The position numbers and the translations under genes were made by a program. A stretch of DNA of 64,000 nucleotides from Eledone cirrhosa (lineage: Eukaryota), in NCBI GenBank assembly GCA_964016885.1, contig OZ024745.1, positions 111,414,001 to 111,478,000 of the forward strand, given 5' to 3'. The notes beneath the pieces were generated by a model. It searched no databases and was not told the origin of the DNA. It saw only the letters and a list, made by a program, of their open reading frames with translations. This document shows, piece by piece, positions 24,701 to 39,485 of the stretch (position 1 is the first letter of the stretch; each line of letters starts with the position of its first letter).

Positions 24701-27700
24701 TAAGTTCTGCTCACATATCTACACACAGTCATCTTAGTCTCCAGCTTGGAGTTAGCTCTTTTGATACCAAAATGCCCCAGATTCTTATAAAGTGTTTATA
24801 TTCATCTAAAAACCTTCCATCATAATTTATGTGATGTTTGGAACATAACTTAACAATAGTTCTTATGTAAAATTATGGTGGAAGGTTTTAGTAAATCCCT
24901 CTAAATTCTTAAGCGTTTTCAAAAATATTTGAAACTCATAGGCAGTGTATTTTATCAGAAATATTAAGAGTTTTAAAAACTCATCCACATGATAGGAAAA
25001 TCCAAAGCAACTTACCCACTAATAAGCTCTGTTCCATCTCTCTATCTATCTTTTCTGTCATTTTGTTATTGGCTCATTTGTACTTTACCCCTTAGTTATA
25101 TTCCTCATGCAAGACACTACCTAGGATCCTCAAATAATTTTGAAAATAATCAAGAATTTGAAGGGATTTACAGTAATATAATAGCTAATTTTCTCATTAT
25201 TAATCTGATGTTTGAAGCATAGCTTGACTAAGGTTCTTACATAAAAGTATAATGGAGTGTTTTTAAACTAAAAAAGAAAACTACTAAAATAAACAGCTTT
25301 ATATTACAGAACTAGGGACAATTTCAGGTAGCTTGGCATCATGATATAATATTTCTATGTGAATTCACCCACCTCTCATTATGCAAATATCTTCAACATC
25401 AATATTTCTAATCTAAAGCACTTGCCATTATAGTTTATGAACCACCTTAAAATGCTTTGGTTACCTCTACTCTTTCCCACCTTCATAAAGACAGCATCCC
25501 AAAAATAAAATATACAAACTTATTTACAACAAGTCACTCCCCAGCATGCTCCAACCTTTAACACACACACACATACACATGCTGTCACCTGACTCTGCTT
25601 CTTTTCTGCCATTACAGTGGACTCTGCTCCTCGAAGCTGGCTTATTCTGTGCCACTTCTTCTCAGACCCGCCTGACTCACTTGTCTGTCCTCCACTCATC
25701 ATCCATTTTATGTTCACTCTTCACTCTGTACTAGCTACTCTAACCAGTCCTTCTTCACCCCCACCCATCCACCCAGCACATCAACCTCATGGATAGCCAA
25801 CTAAGAAAAGAAAATGAAAGATGGTGGTATACTATTTACTGAATATTCTGATTATGAGGTTGAAGGCCAAAAATTAAGTATGGTTATTAGTAACAACATA
25901 TAAGTTTAAGATACCAGGTTCAATCTCACTGTATGAAATTTTAGGTATCATTAACTATGGGCTTCAGCTAACCAAGGCTGTGTGAGTGAAATATAATAGA
26001 AATAGACTATTTGGAATCCCATCAGAGGGACTGTACTTATTATGCAAAAAACCAGCTTTGTCACACACTGCAGCACACTGAGTCTCCCTGAAAAATTAAA
26101 GTAAGAGTTCACGTACAGGCTGTTGCATTGATTGAGCAGCTGGAATACTCATTGTCAAAACCGACAGAGATTGATTCCATTCCATTCCATTCCACAAACA
26201 TTGCACTTCCTTTCAATATTACTGGTACTAAAATGGTAAACTAGTTGCAATCAATATACAAAGCAATTGTTGTTTACCTTCTGTGGAATTAAACTACTAC
26301 ATTTAGTGAAGAAAGTTTCTGAGAAAAAAGGTCAAATATTTAAGAAAAATAAAAAGATAATTGTTATTGTATGATTGAATGAGATAGAAAAGGCAGGGTT
26401 GGTTCATCTGCAACAGACAGACACACACTGGAAGTTTCTTTAATCTTCCAAATAACAAATTGAACTGTCCCTTTAATTGTAGTAGTTTAACTATTTCACT
26501 GCCTAATCACCAATTGTCAAAATATGAGAGAGAATGAATGCATGTGAGTGTGTGAAAGAGAGAGAGAGTGCATATGTGTGTTTGTGAGAAAGTGTGTGTA
26601 TGAAGAAGATAGAGAGTGTGTATGAAGAAGATAGAGAGAGTTGTATGAAGAAAATAGAGAGTGTGTATGAAGAAGATAGAGAGAGTGTGTGTGTGTAAGT
26701 GAGTGTGAGAGAGAGAGAGAATGCATGGGTGAGTGTGAGAGAGAGAGAGAATGCATGGGTGAGTGTGAGAGAGAGTAATGTGCAAGTGTGTGCGAAAGAT
26801 AGAGTGCATGTGTATGTGTGAGAGAGAAAGAGAGAATGAGGAATATCAAAGTGAAAATAAATGTAAAACAATAACAAAAATAATAAATAGGAGGGTAAAG
26901 GTGTGAAGAAAAAGACAGAACTGAGAGAAAATTAGAAAGGAAAAGATAGAAAGATAAAGATAGAGAGGGAAGAGAAAGAAAGAAAAAATAGAAAATGAAT
27001 ACTTTGTGAATTGTCTTAAAAAGATAGAAAAAAAATCTCTAGTATTGACTGAAAAAGATTAAAGACTCTGTAGTGAAAGTTTCAACTAACAAAGTATAAT
27101 TTTACTGATAAAACCAATGCCCAATAAAGATACTGTGATTTAGAAACCACACTCACTAAATTCTCCACCTTCACTCATTAGTATTTCACAGCTTAATTAT
27201 TACTTGAAGAAAATACAATATTTTTTTTATATAAGATTACACAAAAGTAGCATTCAATTTGAGAAACCATAAAAATATCACTAAGAAGAAAATGCTCTGA
27301 AATATATTTTAAAGAGTCAATTAGAAGAATGTTTTCTTGACCAATTTGAAAAACAAAATTTCAGTGAGCAGTCAACACAGTCAATCCACTACAATTTTAG
27401 TAGTTAATAATTGTACAGATTTGAATGCAGTTAGAAAAAATATCCTGTTGGATTTTTATAGTTTAACATTCTTTCCAAATCACATTCACCATATACAGAA
27501 TAATTCATCAATAGATCAATATTTTTCTTCTTTTTTTTTAACTTATTATTTAAACTTGATATAAATAAATGCATCAACAAATAAATGAGGGAATAGTGTC
27601 TATGAAAATTGATTTTTGATGAAATATTTGAAGAGTCAGTATAAATTATAATCAGTATATTTTCAAACTCTCTTCTTAATTGTAAATATCTATATTTTAT

Positions 27701-30059
27701 AATGATACATTATATTGGCAGAGTTCTGCAGACCTTTGCATATGGAATATTTATATTTCTTTACTGAGTAGGATTATTGACACAAAACAGTTACAAAAAT
27801 ATATTAGCTAAAGAGTTCCAGCCTGGGGCATTATAAGGGCTAACAAATTTAATCATGTTACAATTATTATTATTTTTTTTTTTATAATCATAAGTTTAGT
27901 CGGGGGGGGGGGGGTTGTACCTGGTGGCTTGGTGACCTTTGCAGGTTCTCAGAGACAAGTGAAATCGATGTTGTTAATGATCTGTTTAAACTAATGCACA
28001 TAGAATATCTAGAGATTCTAAGCTTTTTTTATATCTATTTAATATAGGCACTAAAGTAAAGCAGTTAGTTTGATAAAAGCAGAAGAGCACCAGACTAAAT
28101 GTTTTACAGTATTTTGTCTGGTGTCTCTCAGTTAAAATCTTGCTAGTATCATCATTCCTCTAGGGTGGATAAAATAAATGTCAGTGGTAATCTAGGGTTA
28201 ATACGATCAACTGTTTCTATTCCTTCACTATGAAAATTAAACTTGTATTTGATAAAAAAAAAAAAAATCCAAAAAAATCATAGCATTTGCTATCTGGTTT
28301 CTTTTGTGCCACACTCTACATTATAATGGTTAGCTAATTTCTTCAGGATATTCCTGTAACTGTAGTGAAAGCTAGTGTGGTAAAACCTGTATAGTTTTCT
28401 TGGAATATAAATGCACTGTGGATGAAAGAAGTCAACTGCATAAACAATCTTTCGAAGTTATATTGGTAAGTTTTACTGAGTACTTATTTAAAAGGTCTAT
28501 AGGATGTTAAAAAGAAATATTCACAAAGTGAAGAGAAGATAGCTTTTATAAAAAGAGGTCTTCTTAAAGCAAACTATACTATCTCTAACTAGGGTGACAA
28601 TAAGAAAAAGTTAAAGTAAACAGTGTTTATAGATACATTTGTTTAAAAAATGTAAATAAAAAAATATGATAAATGGATATTACTCTCAAACAGGAACATA
28701 TCAAGTGGTTTATTTACCACGGTCACCCTTAAAGGATTTAGCTGGCATTTAGTAAAGGTTTTTGAGAAAAAAAATCTCTATATTTTTTTGTTATTTATCA
28801 AACGAAAAATATGGCTTTGTTACCCTTTCTAATATACACACACACACATACATACATGTGTGTGAGTAATGAAAAAAAAGAGAAAAATTTCAAAATAAAT
28901 GAGAACAATCATGTACATTTTGTTCAAAGGAAAAACGTTAAAAGATATAGAAAAACTAGAAAGAAAGGTGAAATAAGGTAAAGTTACTGTTTTGATTAGA
29001 TATTTTCAGTTGTTAGTCTCTTTGGTAATGCTGTCATCTTCCTTAAAGCATCTTCATGAAAACAAGAACAGCACATTCACTTTTCTTTTCAATTTTCACA
29101 TTTGAACCACTTCTTATGTACTTCAAAAGAAACCACATAAAGGTGATGTAGGTTTTTTTTTTCTTTTTCTTTTTGGTATTGTTTTTGGTTTTGTTTTATT
29201 TCCCTTTTATTTTCCATAAGAATAATTGAAGAATTGTTGTAACCATTTTATAAACATCTGTATTCACAGTAGGAAACAGTTGATATATTTTCAACAATAA
29301 AATATATCTTCTGTCTTCACACACTAAACATGTACATCAATAAGAGGCATACAGAACACCATAGTGTAAGTGTGCATACAAAGCTATGTAGATCTGTGCA
29401 CACACATATGTACAGAAGATAAGAGGAAGAACATACAATAAACGATTCCTTTGGTGTGTAGCACATAAATATTATTCAATAATGAAGACAAACAGCCATT
29501 AACTAAGTTAACAAGACGTGCCAAGTTAAGATCAGGAAGGGTGAAGACCTGGCCACCGAAGACCAATAGTAAGTCACAGGTATGCCAACCAAGCCATTTA
29601 AACTTTTAGCTTCTCTGCTTTTTCCCAATTAACTGTAGCATTCTCCATCTGCTACATTGTACCCAGTTTGATGAGAGTGCTTTAAAATAAATTAACCCTT
29701 TTCTGTTCACTTGTGTAAATTAATCAATTCCGAAGAAATGGAAGCTATGCAATTGTGAGTGACAGAATGGAACAGCAGTATCAGCTCATGAAAGATCAGG
29801 CTTTAGGGAGTTTGGCAATAAACAACAAGGCATCCATGGCATTTCTCTTTTGCCAGTCAACATAGAGATTATGAAGAAGAAAATAACTTTGCAGATTGAT
29901 GACTGCAATAGTAAAATAAATTTTGATACATTCAGGTGTTGGTAGGTAGGGGGTTGATAAATAAGTAGGTAGGTATGTACATATGTAACAATTTTTTGTT
30001 CTTTTGTTCATGATACTAGACCAACAAATAGTATCCCCCTTCCTAAAATTACAAATAGA

Positions 30060-30480
30060 GGCAAATTTACAAAACCTGAAAACTAAATTAAATGGTCACC
30101 AAAACCATCCATACTTAGAAGTAGATGAAACGGATAAAATACTACACATTAGAAAAGAGTGCTACAAAATAGTCAGACTAATATTGAAGAATGGGCTTAA
30201 TATTAGAAACAAGTTAATAGGTAGCCATCCCAGTTACACACTACAGCTTTAACATAATGAAAACTAGTAACTTTCTAACAGCCTTCCAAAATTAACATCC
30301 CAAAACTGATGTAGATAGAATATACCTACCCTAGACATAAGGGGTGTGGGGATTTGATGCAAATAGGAAACTACAACAAAGTAACAATAGTCAGACTAGA
30401 ACAATACATAGGCAAGAAAAATACTCAGAAAAAATACTGAGTCATTTGATATGAAACTCCACCAATACACTGTATGAAGC
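30060..30480 (+). pseudogene. Decayed R4/Dong-clade LINE fragment (RT thumb region)
   Basis: Reads IRKECYKIVRLILKNGLNIRNKLIG and HPKTDVDRIYLP..LMQI across stops and frameshifts. Confidence 0.7.
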
Positions 30481-31353
30481 ATGATGAAAAATAAAGAGAA
30501 ACATACAAACCATATTAGGTTCACTATGTTACACACAGTCCAAAAGATAGTCTGTATAACTTTTGGATTGCAAGTATGACTTTACCAAAAAGGCATGTAA
30601 CATGATCAAATGCAGATTCATGTTTTTGCAAAACAAATTTCTCCCCTACACCTCGTAGTTGACTAGATGAAAACCAATACCTTAGTGACAATTATTTCAT
30701 TAACTCTAAGAGGAAAGACAAAATATTGCCTGGCATAGGATTTGAACTCGGAGCCAAAAAAAAAAATGAAAATAAATACAACACTGCATTCAGTCTGGTA
30801 TTTCCCAACTATCTCAGACATCTTCTTTGACCTGATGATGAAGAGGGTGATACAAATAGATTCCTGTATAGAGGAGGTAAAAGCTATAATAAAAATACAG
30901 GTGTTACTATCAAAACCAATATCCTAGAAATAATCCATTGGTACGTTAGTAGTATCAGGTGTTTAGTGATAAGGATGATAAAGGCAATCCGGGTATTGAT
31001 AAGGACTGCAATACTGAGAGAGAGAGAGAGAGAGAGAGAGTAAGAGAGAGAGAGCAAGAGAGAGGGAGAGAGAGAGAGACACTATGCTGCTATGACAGTA
31101 CCAACTGATGTTACTAAAACCAAATTACTCTCATAGAACTGCAGGTGGCTATGATATGATTACCACCACTACCACCAACATCCTCATCATCCCCATCCTC
31201 ATGATTATTATAATGAAGAGTGGCAGGGCACGTGTTTATAAGTCTGAAACAAGACTGCTTAGAAAGCAGGTAAGGAAATTACTTCTGCTATTAAATCAGT
31301 TTTATTTTAATTTTTTTAATGGTGTAAGACTTGGATTAAAAGTGAAAATATTA

Positions 31354-32370
31354 AATAATTGTTTCTACTTTAGGCACAAGGCCAGCAATTACCCAGTGCA
31401 TTACTGGTACTTTATTTTATCGATCCCGTAAGGATGAAAGGCAAAGTTAACCTCGGCGGGATTTCAACTCAGATCGTAAAGGGACGTAACTATGCATCAA
31501 AGCATGGAGTCCGACCCTCTACCGATACTGCCAATCCACCATAATGGTTTCTGATTTAAGCACAAGGCCAGCAATTTTAGAGAAGGGGAAAGTTGATTAA
31601 ATCGACCCCAATACATTAAAATAAAGCATCAGCTTTATTTTATCGATCCCGTAAGGATGAAAGGCAAAGTTAACCTCGACGGGATTTGAACTCAGAACAT
31701 AAAGGGATGTAACAATAAGCCACAAATAATAATAATAATGATTTCTAGTATAGGCACAAGACCAGTAATTTGGGGGAAGGGGTAAGTCGATTAAATCGAC
31801 TTCAGTACATTACTGGTACTTTAATTTATCGACCCCGTAACGATGAAAGGCAAAGTTAACCTCGGCGAGATTTGAACTCAGACTGTAAAGGGGCGTAACT
31901 CTATGCTGCAAAGCATGGCACCCAGCCTTCTACCGATACTGCCAATCCACCGCCCAATAATAATAATAATAATTGTTTCTACTTTAGGCACAAGGACAGT
32001 AATTTGAAGGGGAGGAGAAAGTCGATTAAATCAACCCCAGTACATTACTGGTGCTTTTTATTTTATTGACCCCATAAGGATGAAAGGCAAAGCTAACCTC
32101 AGCTGGATTTGAACTCAGAACATAATGGGGCATAACTCTATGCTGCAAAGCATGGTATCTCACAATAATGAAAATAATAATAATTGTTTCTACTTTAGGC
32201 ACAAGGCCAGCAATTACCCAGTGCATTACTGGTACTTTATTTTTATCGACCCCGTAAGGATGAAAGGCAAAGTCAACCTCGGCGGGATTTGAACTCAGAT
32301 CGTAAAGGGACATAACTATGCTGGAAAGCATGACGTCTGACCCTCCACCGATACTGCCAATCCACCGTTG
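31354..32370 (-). mobile_element. Cluster of five same-orientation SINE family A copies (long and short forms)
   Basis: Copies start near 31354, 31541, 31735, 31970, 32180, separated by (AAT)n. Confidence 0.9.
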
Positions 32371-32764
32371 AAAATAATAATAATAATAATGAATAAATAA
32401 ATAAGTAAACAAGTAGATAAATATATGAAACAACAAAAAAATATCAAATCAAATTATTCCAACTCCCACTAGTTCTTCCCACCAAATTCTATTTTTGGTA
32501 TATTGTGAAGATGTCGAAAGTTGTATGTATGGATTACCTCACACTGGTTTTATCTGGCACCAAGGTCTTACTGATTTCTTCCAAGACCATTGTGTGTGTG
32601 TAGGGGGGGGGGGGGTGATAATCATGTTTGTATTTATGTACAAATGTGTGTCTGTGTCTGTGTGTGTGTGTCTGTGTGTGCGTGTGTGTGAGTCTGTGTG
32701 TGTCCATATGTAACTAAAAAGAATGATGGCAAATGTAACTTAGATGTGTGATTTGTTGATAGTT

Positions 32765-32799
32765 GGTTAGTAGTAATAGTTGTAGTGATAGTGGTGGTT

Positions 32800-32841
<42 letters not shown>

Positions 32842-33078
32842 ATGGTGGTATTGGTGGTGGTGGTAGTAGTAGTAGTAGTGGTGGTGGTGGTGGTGGTGGT
32901 GGTGGTGGTGGTGGGTGTGGTGATAGTAGTAGTAGTAGTAGTGATGGTGGCGGTGGTGGTGGTCATGGTGATGGTAGTAGCAGTAGTAGTAGTAGGTGAG
33001 TTGGGAGAATTGATAATGATAACAATAGTGGTGACGATGATGGTGGTGGCGGTGGTGGTGGCAGTGGTGGTGGTGGTA
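32765..33078. repeat. (GTA/GTG)n trinucleotide array
   Basis: Direct reading. Confidence 0.95.
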
Positions 33079-33587
33079 GATTTATGTGTTAGCAGGCAAC
33101 AATTCTAATTGCAGAAAATTCTAGCGGAGAAAAAGGAGGAGCAAACAGCTCAAGACTTGTCAGGCAGGGCAGGCAGTATCTGAAATTGAACAACAGTTTT
33201 ATATATTTTCACCTTCAGGAAAAGGTTGTCCTGTGTAGCTGGTGGGTATTTCTAATCTTAGACGTGATAATGATTACTTCAGAGAGAAGACATTATTATG
33301 AATATTTTGACATTTTCACCCCAAACTCAAAACTGAAATAAGTTCCAGAGATTTCCAACAGTGCAGCAAGTCATTTAAGCACTAAACAGCACTAATGAAT
33401 GCACAAGTTGCAGCCTTCTGGCAGAAGATTTTTCAATTCAACACATTTATTTTTATCCATTTTGGGGGTTGTTGTCGTTGTTGTTGGTGGTGGTGGTGTT
33501 GTTTCTTTTCTTTTCTTTAAGCATCCTTTTTATACTCTCATCTCTTGCCCTTGTGGCAATAATAAAGAAATCTTTCTTCTTCTTATG

Positions 33588-33618
<31 letters not shown>

Positions 33619-33740
33619 GCATCATCACTGTTGTTATTTTAATGTATTTATGGTTAACTGCCTCTTAATACAAACACGCTATCACATTTACACATTCAGA
33701 CATACATACATAAGCTCATTGAGTTACATGTTAATATGTG

Positions 33741-33771
<31 letters not shown>

Positions 33772-33804
33772 TTGATAATGACTCCATTTTGTTTTGTTTT
33801 GTTT

Positions 33805-34145
33805 CTACCCATAACTCCTGATGGAGTCGTAGGTGTGCCATAGTGACATACAACACGTATTAGGTACTTTATACTTGGCAGAATCCATCCCCTCTCTAGG
33901 TCTGAACATAGCCAATTTCTTTCAGAGAAGAAGAGAGAGAGTCATAGAGAGGAAGTGAGACAGATATATAAAAAAATAATCAATTCCAGTATTTGACTGG
34001 TACTTTTTTTTATCAACCTCAAAAGATGAAAGGCAAAGTTGACCTTGGTGGAGTATTTCGACTCAGAGAGCTCAGGGAGCTCGAATGACTATGGCAAAAC
34101 ATTCTATCCAACGTTCTAATGACTCAGCTAATTTGCCACCTTTAA
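33805..34145 (-). mobile_element. SINE family D
   Basis: Homologous to 5200-5522. Confidence 0.6.
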
Positions 34146-34329
34146 AGACTTAATTTAGGAAAAAGGTTAAACCTGTTTCTCTCTCAAAAAACATTTAATT
34201 CAGCTGCCATTCTCAAACTGCTTATCAATGATTTTGGTTACATAATAATTATTACCCACAGGGAGATGTTTTTTATTGTATTATCATTGGTATTATTTTT
34301 ATTGTGTGTCATCACTGCATTATTGAGCA

Positions 34330-34760
34330 CAGCTGTGTGTGCCTTGGGTATGTACAGTGTGGTTATTTCTATTGTATTGAGAGTACTCTTCATAATATGT
34401 GTGCAATGCTTAGTAATGCTATTTTCTGTATGTTGAATATATTTGAAAGTCCGGAGGTTTGGGTTATGTATCTGCCTATGTGTTGTTGTTTTTTCATGCC
34501 CAGAGCACCTATTATTGTTTCTAACTTCATCAGCTACATTTGACTTATTTCTATCTCCAGATCTTTATATGCGGAGAATTTCTCCAATCCCTTAGACATA
34601 ATATCATCTGTGGAGTTGATACATCAATTAGAAGACTATTTTCATTTTTGTGGGGTTTTTTTACTATATCTGGTTAATTGGCTATGATCTCTTTGTTTGT
34701 GTATGCTGGCATATCCCAGAACAAGGTTGCTTTGTTGTACTCTGATCCTTGACAAACTCA
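34330..34760 (-). pseudogene. R4/Dong-clade LINE 3' end with restriction-like endonuclease (REL) domain remnant
   Basis: Minus strand reads LFWDMPAYTNKEIIAN*PDIV..LLIDVSTP..KFSAYKDLEIEISQM..IIGALGM..QKIALLSIAHIL*RVLSIQ (PD..D/E-x-K REL motif). Confidence 0.85.
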
Positions 34761-35379
34761 TGTATTTGTATAACAAGGTTTACATTTCTTAAAATGTCCA
34801 TACTTTCTAAAGATAATAGAGTGCAATTAGGGGGAATTTGAGTGCTCTTTCTAGCTGATTGTGCAATTGCATAGAATAGATGTGGGCAAGCACTGGCCTA
34901 TAGGTGAAATTCTGCCTATATTCAAATTTTTAAATGCCTGAAATGAAAATTTAAATTGCATACCTATGAATTTGTAAAACTGAAGATTTTATATTTTCCT
35001 GGGACAAATGAGCCCTGATAGGTGCTTATACCCTAGCAATTCCTCCCTTAAACTAAAAAAAGTCACCTACCTCTGGTATAGAGACGTCTTCATTGGCCTA
35101 ACCAATAATAGGTTGAAGACTAAATCAGTCCTGACATGATGCAGCAGCTTTGATTGTCAAAGATAAACTAGTTATTAATATTCACCAGCAGAGCTGTCAA
35201 CTTGGAAGATTGGAATTATTACATAATGATGACATTATCTGCTGGTAAATGTAAGGAATTATTAAATTAAACAAAATATATCTGATTTGCAACTATGTTG
35301 TCTGAAATGTTATAAAACAATCAGAATTTCTCTAAAAAGATATCATAGTTTGATTGATTACCATTTTATTAGATACAAC

Positions 35380-35495
35380 CAGGGCCAGATTTATTGGAAG
35401 GCAGAGGGGGTGAATGCCCTGGGCCCTCTTTGTCAAATAGGGCCCCCTGTAAGGAACAGCCCTGAACTGCCCTCCCCCCATCTAAATATGGTCCT
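35380..35495. mobile_element. hAT-type MITE (116 bp)
   Basis: TIR CAGGGCCAGATTTA / TAAATATGGTCCTG; flanks GATACAAC and AGTACAAC resemble a decayed 8-bp TSD. Confidence 0.6.
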
Positions 35496-35687
35496 GAGTA
35501 CAACCACTGTAAACAGAACCATAAGTAATCAGTTTTAGGGCATCAGTTTGGTAATCAAAGAGGAATTGTTTATATAATATATATTAATAAATTAGTGATG
35601 TGCTGACAGTATTTTGTTGCAGAGTTATACAGAGTATAACATTTATAGATTTTAACCAACACTGTATCTATACAAGGTATCTATACA

Positions 35688-35935
35688 GGCATGTGGCTTA
35701 GTGGTTAGAGAGTTGGCTTTGCAATCGTGTGGTTGTGAATTCGAATCCTGGACCAGGCAATGTGTTATGTCCTTGAGCAAGAGACTTTATTTCAAGTTGC
35801 TCTTTCTGCTAGGGGTTGCAACTGGTAGATAGTATCAGCAATGGAAAGACCAATGGAAGCATTATTTCCTTGGTCTAATTTGATGAGTTCCACCCAACTC
35901 GGTAAGCAAATGAGATCTGGGATCTTGTCAATCTG
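35688..35935 (+). mobile_element. SINE family E
   Basis: A box TGGCTTAGTGG, B-box-like ATTCGAATCC; tail matches 16000-16250. Confidence 0.8.
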
Positions 35936-36334
35936 TTTATTGTATCTATATACAGATGTAAACACTTTGTCTCTAGATATATTCTTATTGACAGAAAATA
36001 AAAGAGATTAGTTAGACTAGTTTCAATCCTGCGTTGAAATTTCATCAACAGCTGAGTACCTTCTTTATCAATTCACACAAACATTCCATATAAACTTATA
36101 ACTAATAACAAAACACTTAACATACCAGTAATTTATTAATCAAACTAGTTGACAAGAATGTATTATAAATGCAAAATCTATCTATCTTAGGAAATATTTA
36201 TCCCTTTTGATACCAAACTGCCTGAAACTGCTCTGGATTTATAATACAAAACGGCACATTTAAAAATGATTATCCTTTTATTAAAACCTTTCGCCATCTT
36301 ATTTTAGTAATTTTTATAGATGTAAAAACCAAAC

Positions 36335-36700
36335 ATGCTATCTTGAATTCAGTCTTCATGCCAACCTTTACCTATGGTGATGAATCTTGGGTAAGGACTG
36401 AAAGAATATGATCCTGAACACATGTAGCCGAAACAGGTTTCCTTCAAAGAGTCTTTGGAGTAATGTTACTTGATAGAGTGCTTAGCTTGGAGATCAGACA
36501 GAGCCATTACTTTACCAAATTGACACCTCACAGCCCCAATATTATGGACATGTGGTAAGAATATTTCAGGAAAGAATTACTGGAGAGATTTCAAGGTCAA
36601 CACTAACCAATAGGAGACCAAGAGGTAGATCCTGAGCAAGATGGTTGGATAACATCCTTAAGCTCAACTGGTCTCACTTGGGGGTCAAGCCAGGTCAGTT
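36335..36700 (+). pseudogene. RTE-clade LINE C-terminal remnant
   Basis: Reads SVFMPTFTYGDESW..AETGFLQRVFGVMLLDRV..YYGHVVRI..RRPRGRS*ARWLDNILKL; followed by (GAA)n. Confidence 0.85.
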
Positions 36701-36808
36701 GAAGAAGAAGAAGAAGAAGAAGAAGAAGAAGAAGAAGAAGAAGAAGAAGAAGAAGAAGAAGAAGAAGAAGAAGAAGAAGAAGAAGAAGAAGAAGAAGAAG
36801 AAGAAGAA
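36701..36808. repeat. (GAA)n, ~36 units, probably an expanded LINE tail
   Basis: Direct reading. Confidence 0.95.
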
Positions 36809-37313
36809 ACATCATATGTCAATACAGTACCCCTAAAACTCCCTCAGAAATTACAGGACCATGCATACATTCTCTTGTAGGTCTTCCTGGAACACACAAC
36901 TCACCAATTACAGAGAGGACTCATGAAGGCACTATGAGGGACACACATTTAACTCCACATCTTATAATGATTTAGCCAAAAATATCCCAAAGGTGAATTG
37001 TTAATACAAATGTTTATAGTACCTTTACTAGTGGAGAGAATGTTGCAAAAATTTGCAGTAAATTAAACTAAAGTAAAGACTTTAATTTGTAATGTGATGC
37101 AGTCATAGTGCTGTTTTATATTTTTCAAGAATATCCTGCTAATGTGGTTTCATGTGGTACAGGACGTTAAGTGTTCATGTCAATGGTTTCAGTCATCCAT
37201 GAAATACATACTACAACAAAGGCTAAAACTGCATCAACAAGGAAACTATGGCAATAATGACAACAGTAAACAAACACAGCAATTTGAGTTGTGCCACTAT
37301 TTCAGTGTATATT

Positions 37314-37414
<101 letters not shown>

Positions 37415-37983
37415 GAGAGAGAAAGAGAGAAATAGATAGAGAGAGATGAAGATGAAGAGAGAAAGGAAAGGAATATTTAAATTGCCTGATATAAAAAAAA
37501 TGGAAAATAGAAATTTTGTTCAAACAAATTAAAGAGCACTATTTCCATTTGTTCTTTAATTTTCTTTCCATTTTTTTTTTTTGTTTTTATTTCTTAGATT
37601 TTTTTGTTCCTGTTTATTTAACAGATAAATTTAAGTGGCTATTGATTTTTTTAACCTCTTCCTTACTGACCTTGTAGGGGCACCACATTTACGGGTGTTA
37701 TTTGGGAGAAAAACAGTGGATTGGCAAAATTGTTAGAAGCACAATAAATGCTTTGTGTTATTCCTTCTGGCTATTTATGTTATGAGTTCAAACCATGCAA
37801 TGTTCAACTTCATTTTTCATCATTCATCAAGTAAAGTAGTAAAGCTAATTTAACCAAGTTTCACTTAGCTACTTAATTGGTGGATTTGTGCCTAAATTAA
37901 AATGTTATTTGAGGGAAGGAAATTTTGGCTGCTATCTCTAGAAGTTGAAGCAGGTAGAAGCTCTTACACTGATGTATTATCAT

Positions 37984-38396
37984 GTGGATTGGCAGTATCG
38001 GTAGAGGGTCGGATGCCAAGTTTTGCAGCATAGAGTTACAGTTCTTTATGTTCTAAGTCCAAATCCCGCCAAAGTTAGCTTTGCTTTCCATCCTTACAGG
38101 GGTCAATGAAATAAAGAACCAGTAATGTACTGGGGTCAACTTAATCAACTTTCCACCCTCCCAAAATTGCTGGCCTTGTACCTAAATCAGAACCCATTAT
38201 TAATAATAGTTGTTTCTACTTTAGGCACAAGGCCAGCAATTACCCCAGTGCATTACTGGTACTTTATTTTATCGACCCCGTAAGGATGAAAGGCAAAGTC
38301 AACCTCGGCGGGATTTTAACTCAGATCGTAAAGGGACGTAACTATGCTGGAAAGCATGGTGTCAGACTCTCTACCGATACTGCCAATCCACCGCCC
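37984..38396. mobile_element. Two SINE family A copies tail-to-tail (+ 37984-38200, - 38208-38396)
   Basis: Both cores visible in opposite orientation around an ATTATTAATAAT junction. Confidence 0.85.
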
Positions 38397-39433
38397 TATT
38401 ATTAATAATAGTGAGTTGTATAATGAGATGGCAGAATTGGCAGGGTGGCAAACAGAATGGAGGGCACATGGCCTTATGATCATAATATTGTGGGTTCAAT
38501 TCCTGGATTGGGTTGTGTGTTGTGTTCTTGAGCAAAACACTTCATTTCATATTGCTCCAGTATACTCAGCTGAAAATGAGTACCAGCAATAGCTAGAGGT
38601 TTAACCTTGTGATGGACTGGCATCCTGTTCACACACATGAGCACACCTAAGCATGTGTACACTTACATACATACATACATACATATAAAACCGGTTTCTG
38701 CACAGTTTTTATCATCATCATCATTTAAACTCGCTTAACGTTTTTTTATACTAAACCATCTTTCGATGTCCCTTGTTTCATGATACAAAACTGTTCATTT
38801 TAAAGTATTTATATTTATTTTTAAATCTTCCATCATAATTTTATGTAAGTTTCTTTGTTGGGTTATGTTCCAATCACCAGATTAATGATGAGAAAGTTAA
38901 TCCATCAAAATTCTTGATTGTTTTTTTAAATTAAATAAAGCCATAAACAGTGTCTTTCGTGAGAAATATGGTCACAAAAGGGTTATCACATAATCCAGAT
39001 GGTTTCCAAGGAATTGAATGAGCAGCACTCCACCCTAAAGACAAAGTATACTGCTGGGAATAAGTCTACACAACGGCATATAGCATGGTCATTTTCCCTC
39101 CTGTTTAGCTAGTAGAAATAGTTCTCTTGTTAGAAGAGAAAGAAGAAAAGAACATAAGAAAATATCCACCAAATCAGTTTGCATCTGAGGATAGCTGAGA
39201 AAGTATACGTGTATGTGTATATAAATATATACACACACACATATATATATACACATATACATATATATATATATACATACACATATATATATATACACAC
39301 ACACACACATATATATATATACACATATATACATACACATATGCATACATATATACATACACATATATATACATACATACGTAAATACATATATACATAT
39401 ATAAATACATACATTCACACATATATGTGTATG

Positions 39434-39485
<52 letters not shown>

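Noticed and set aside
29481-29580. Plus-strand open stretch NEDKQPLTKLTRRAKLRSG ending at CAG|GTATG
   Set aside because: In-frame stop just upstream, no convincing acceptor, no recognisable homology.
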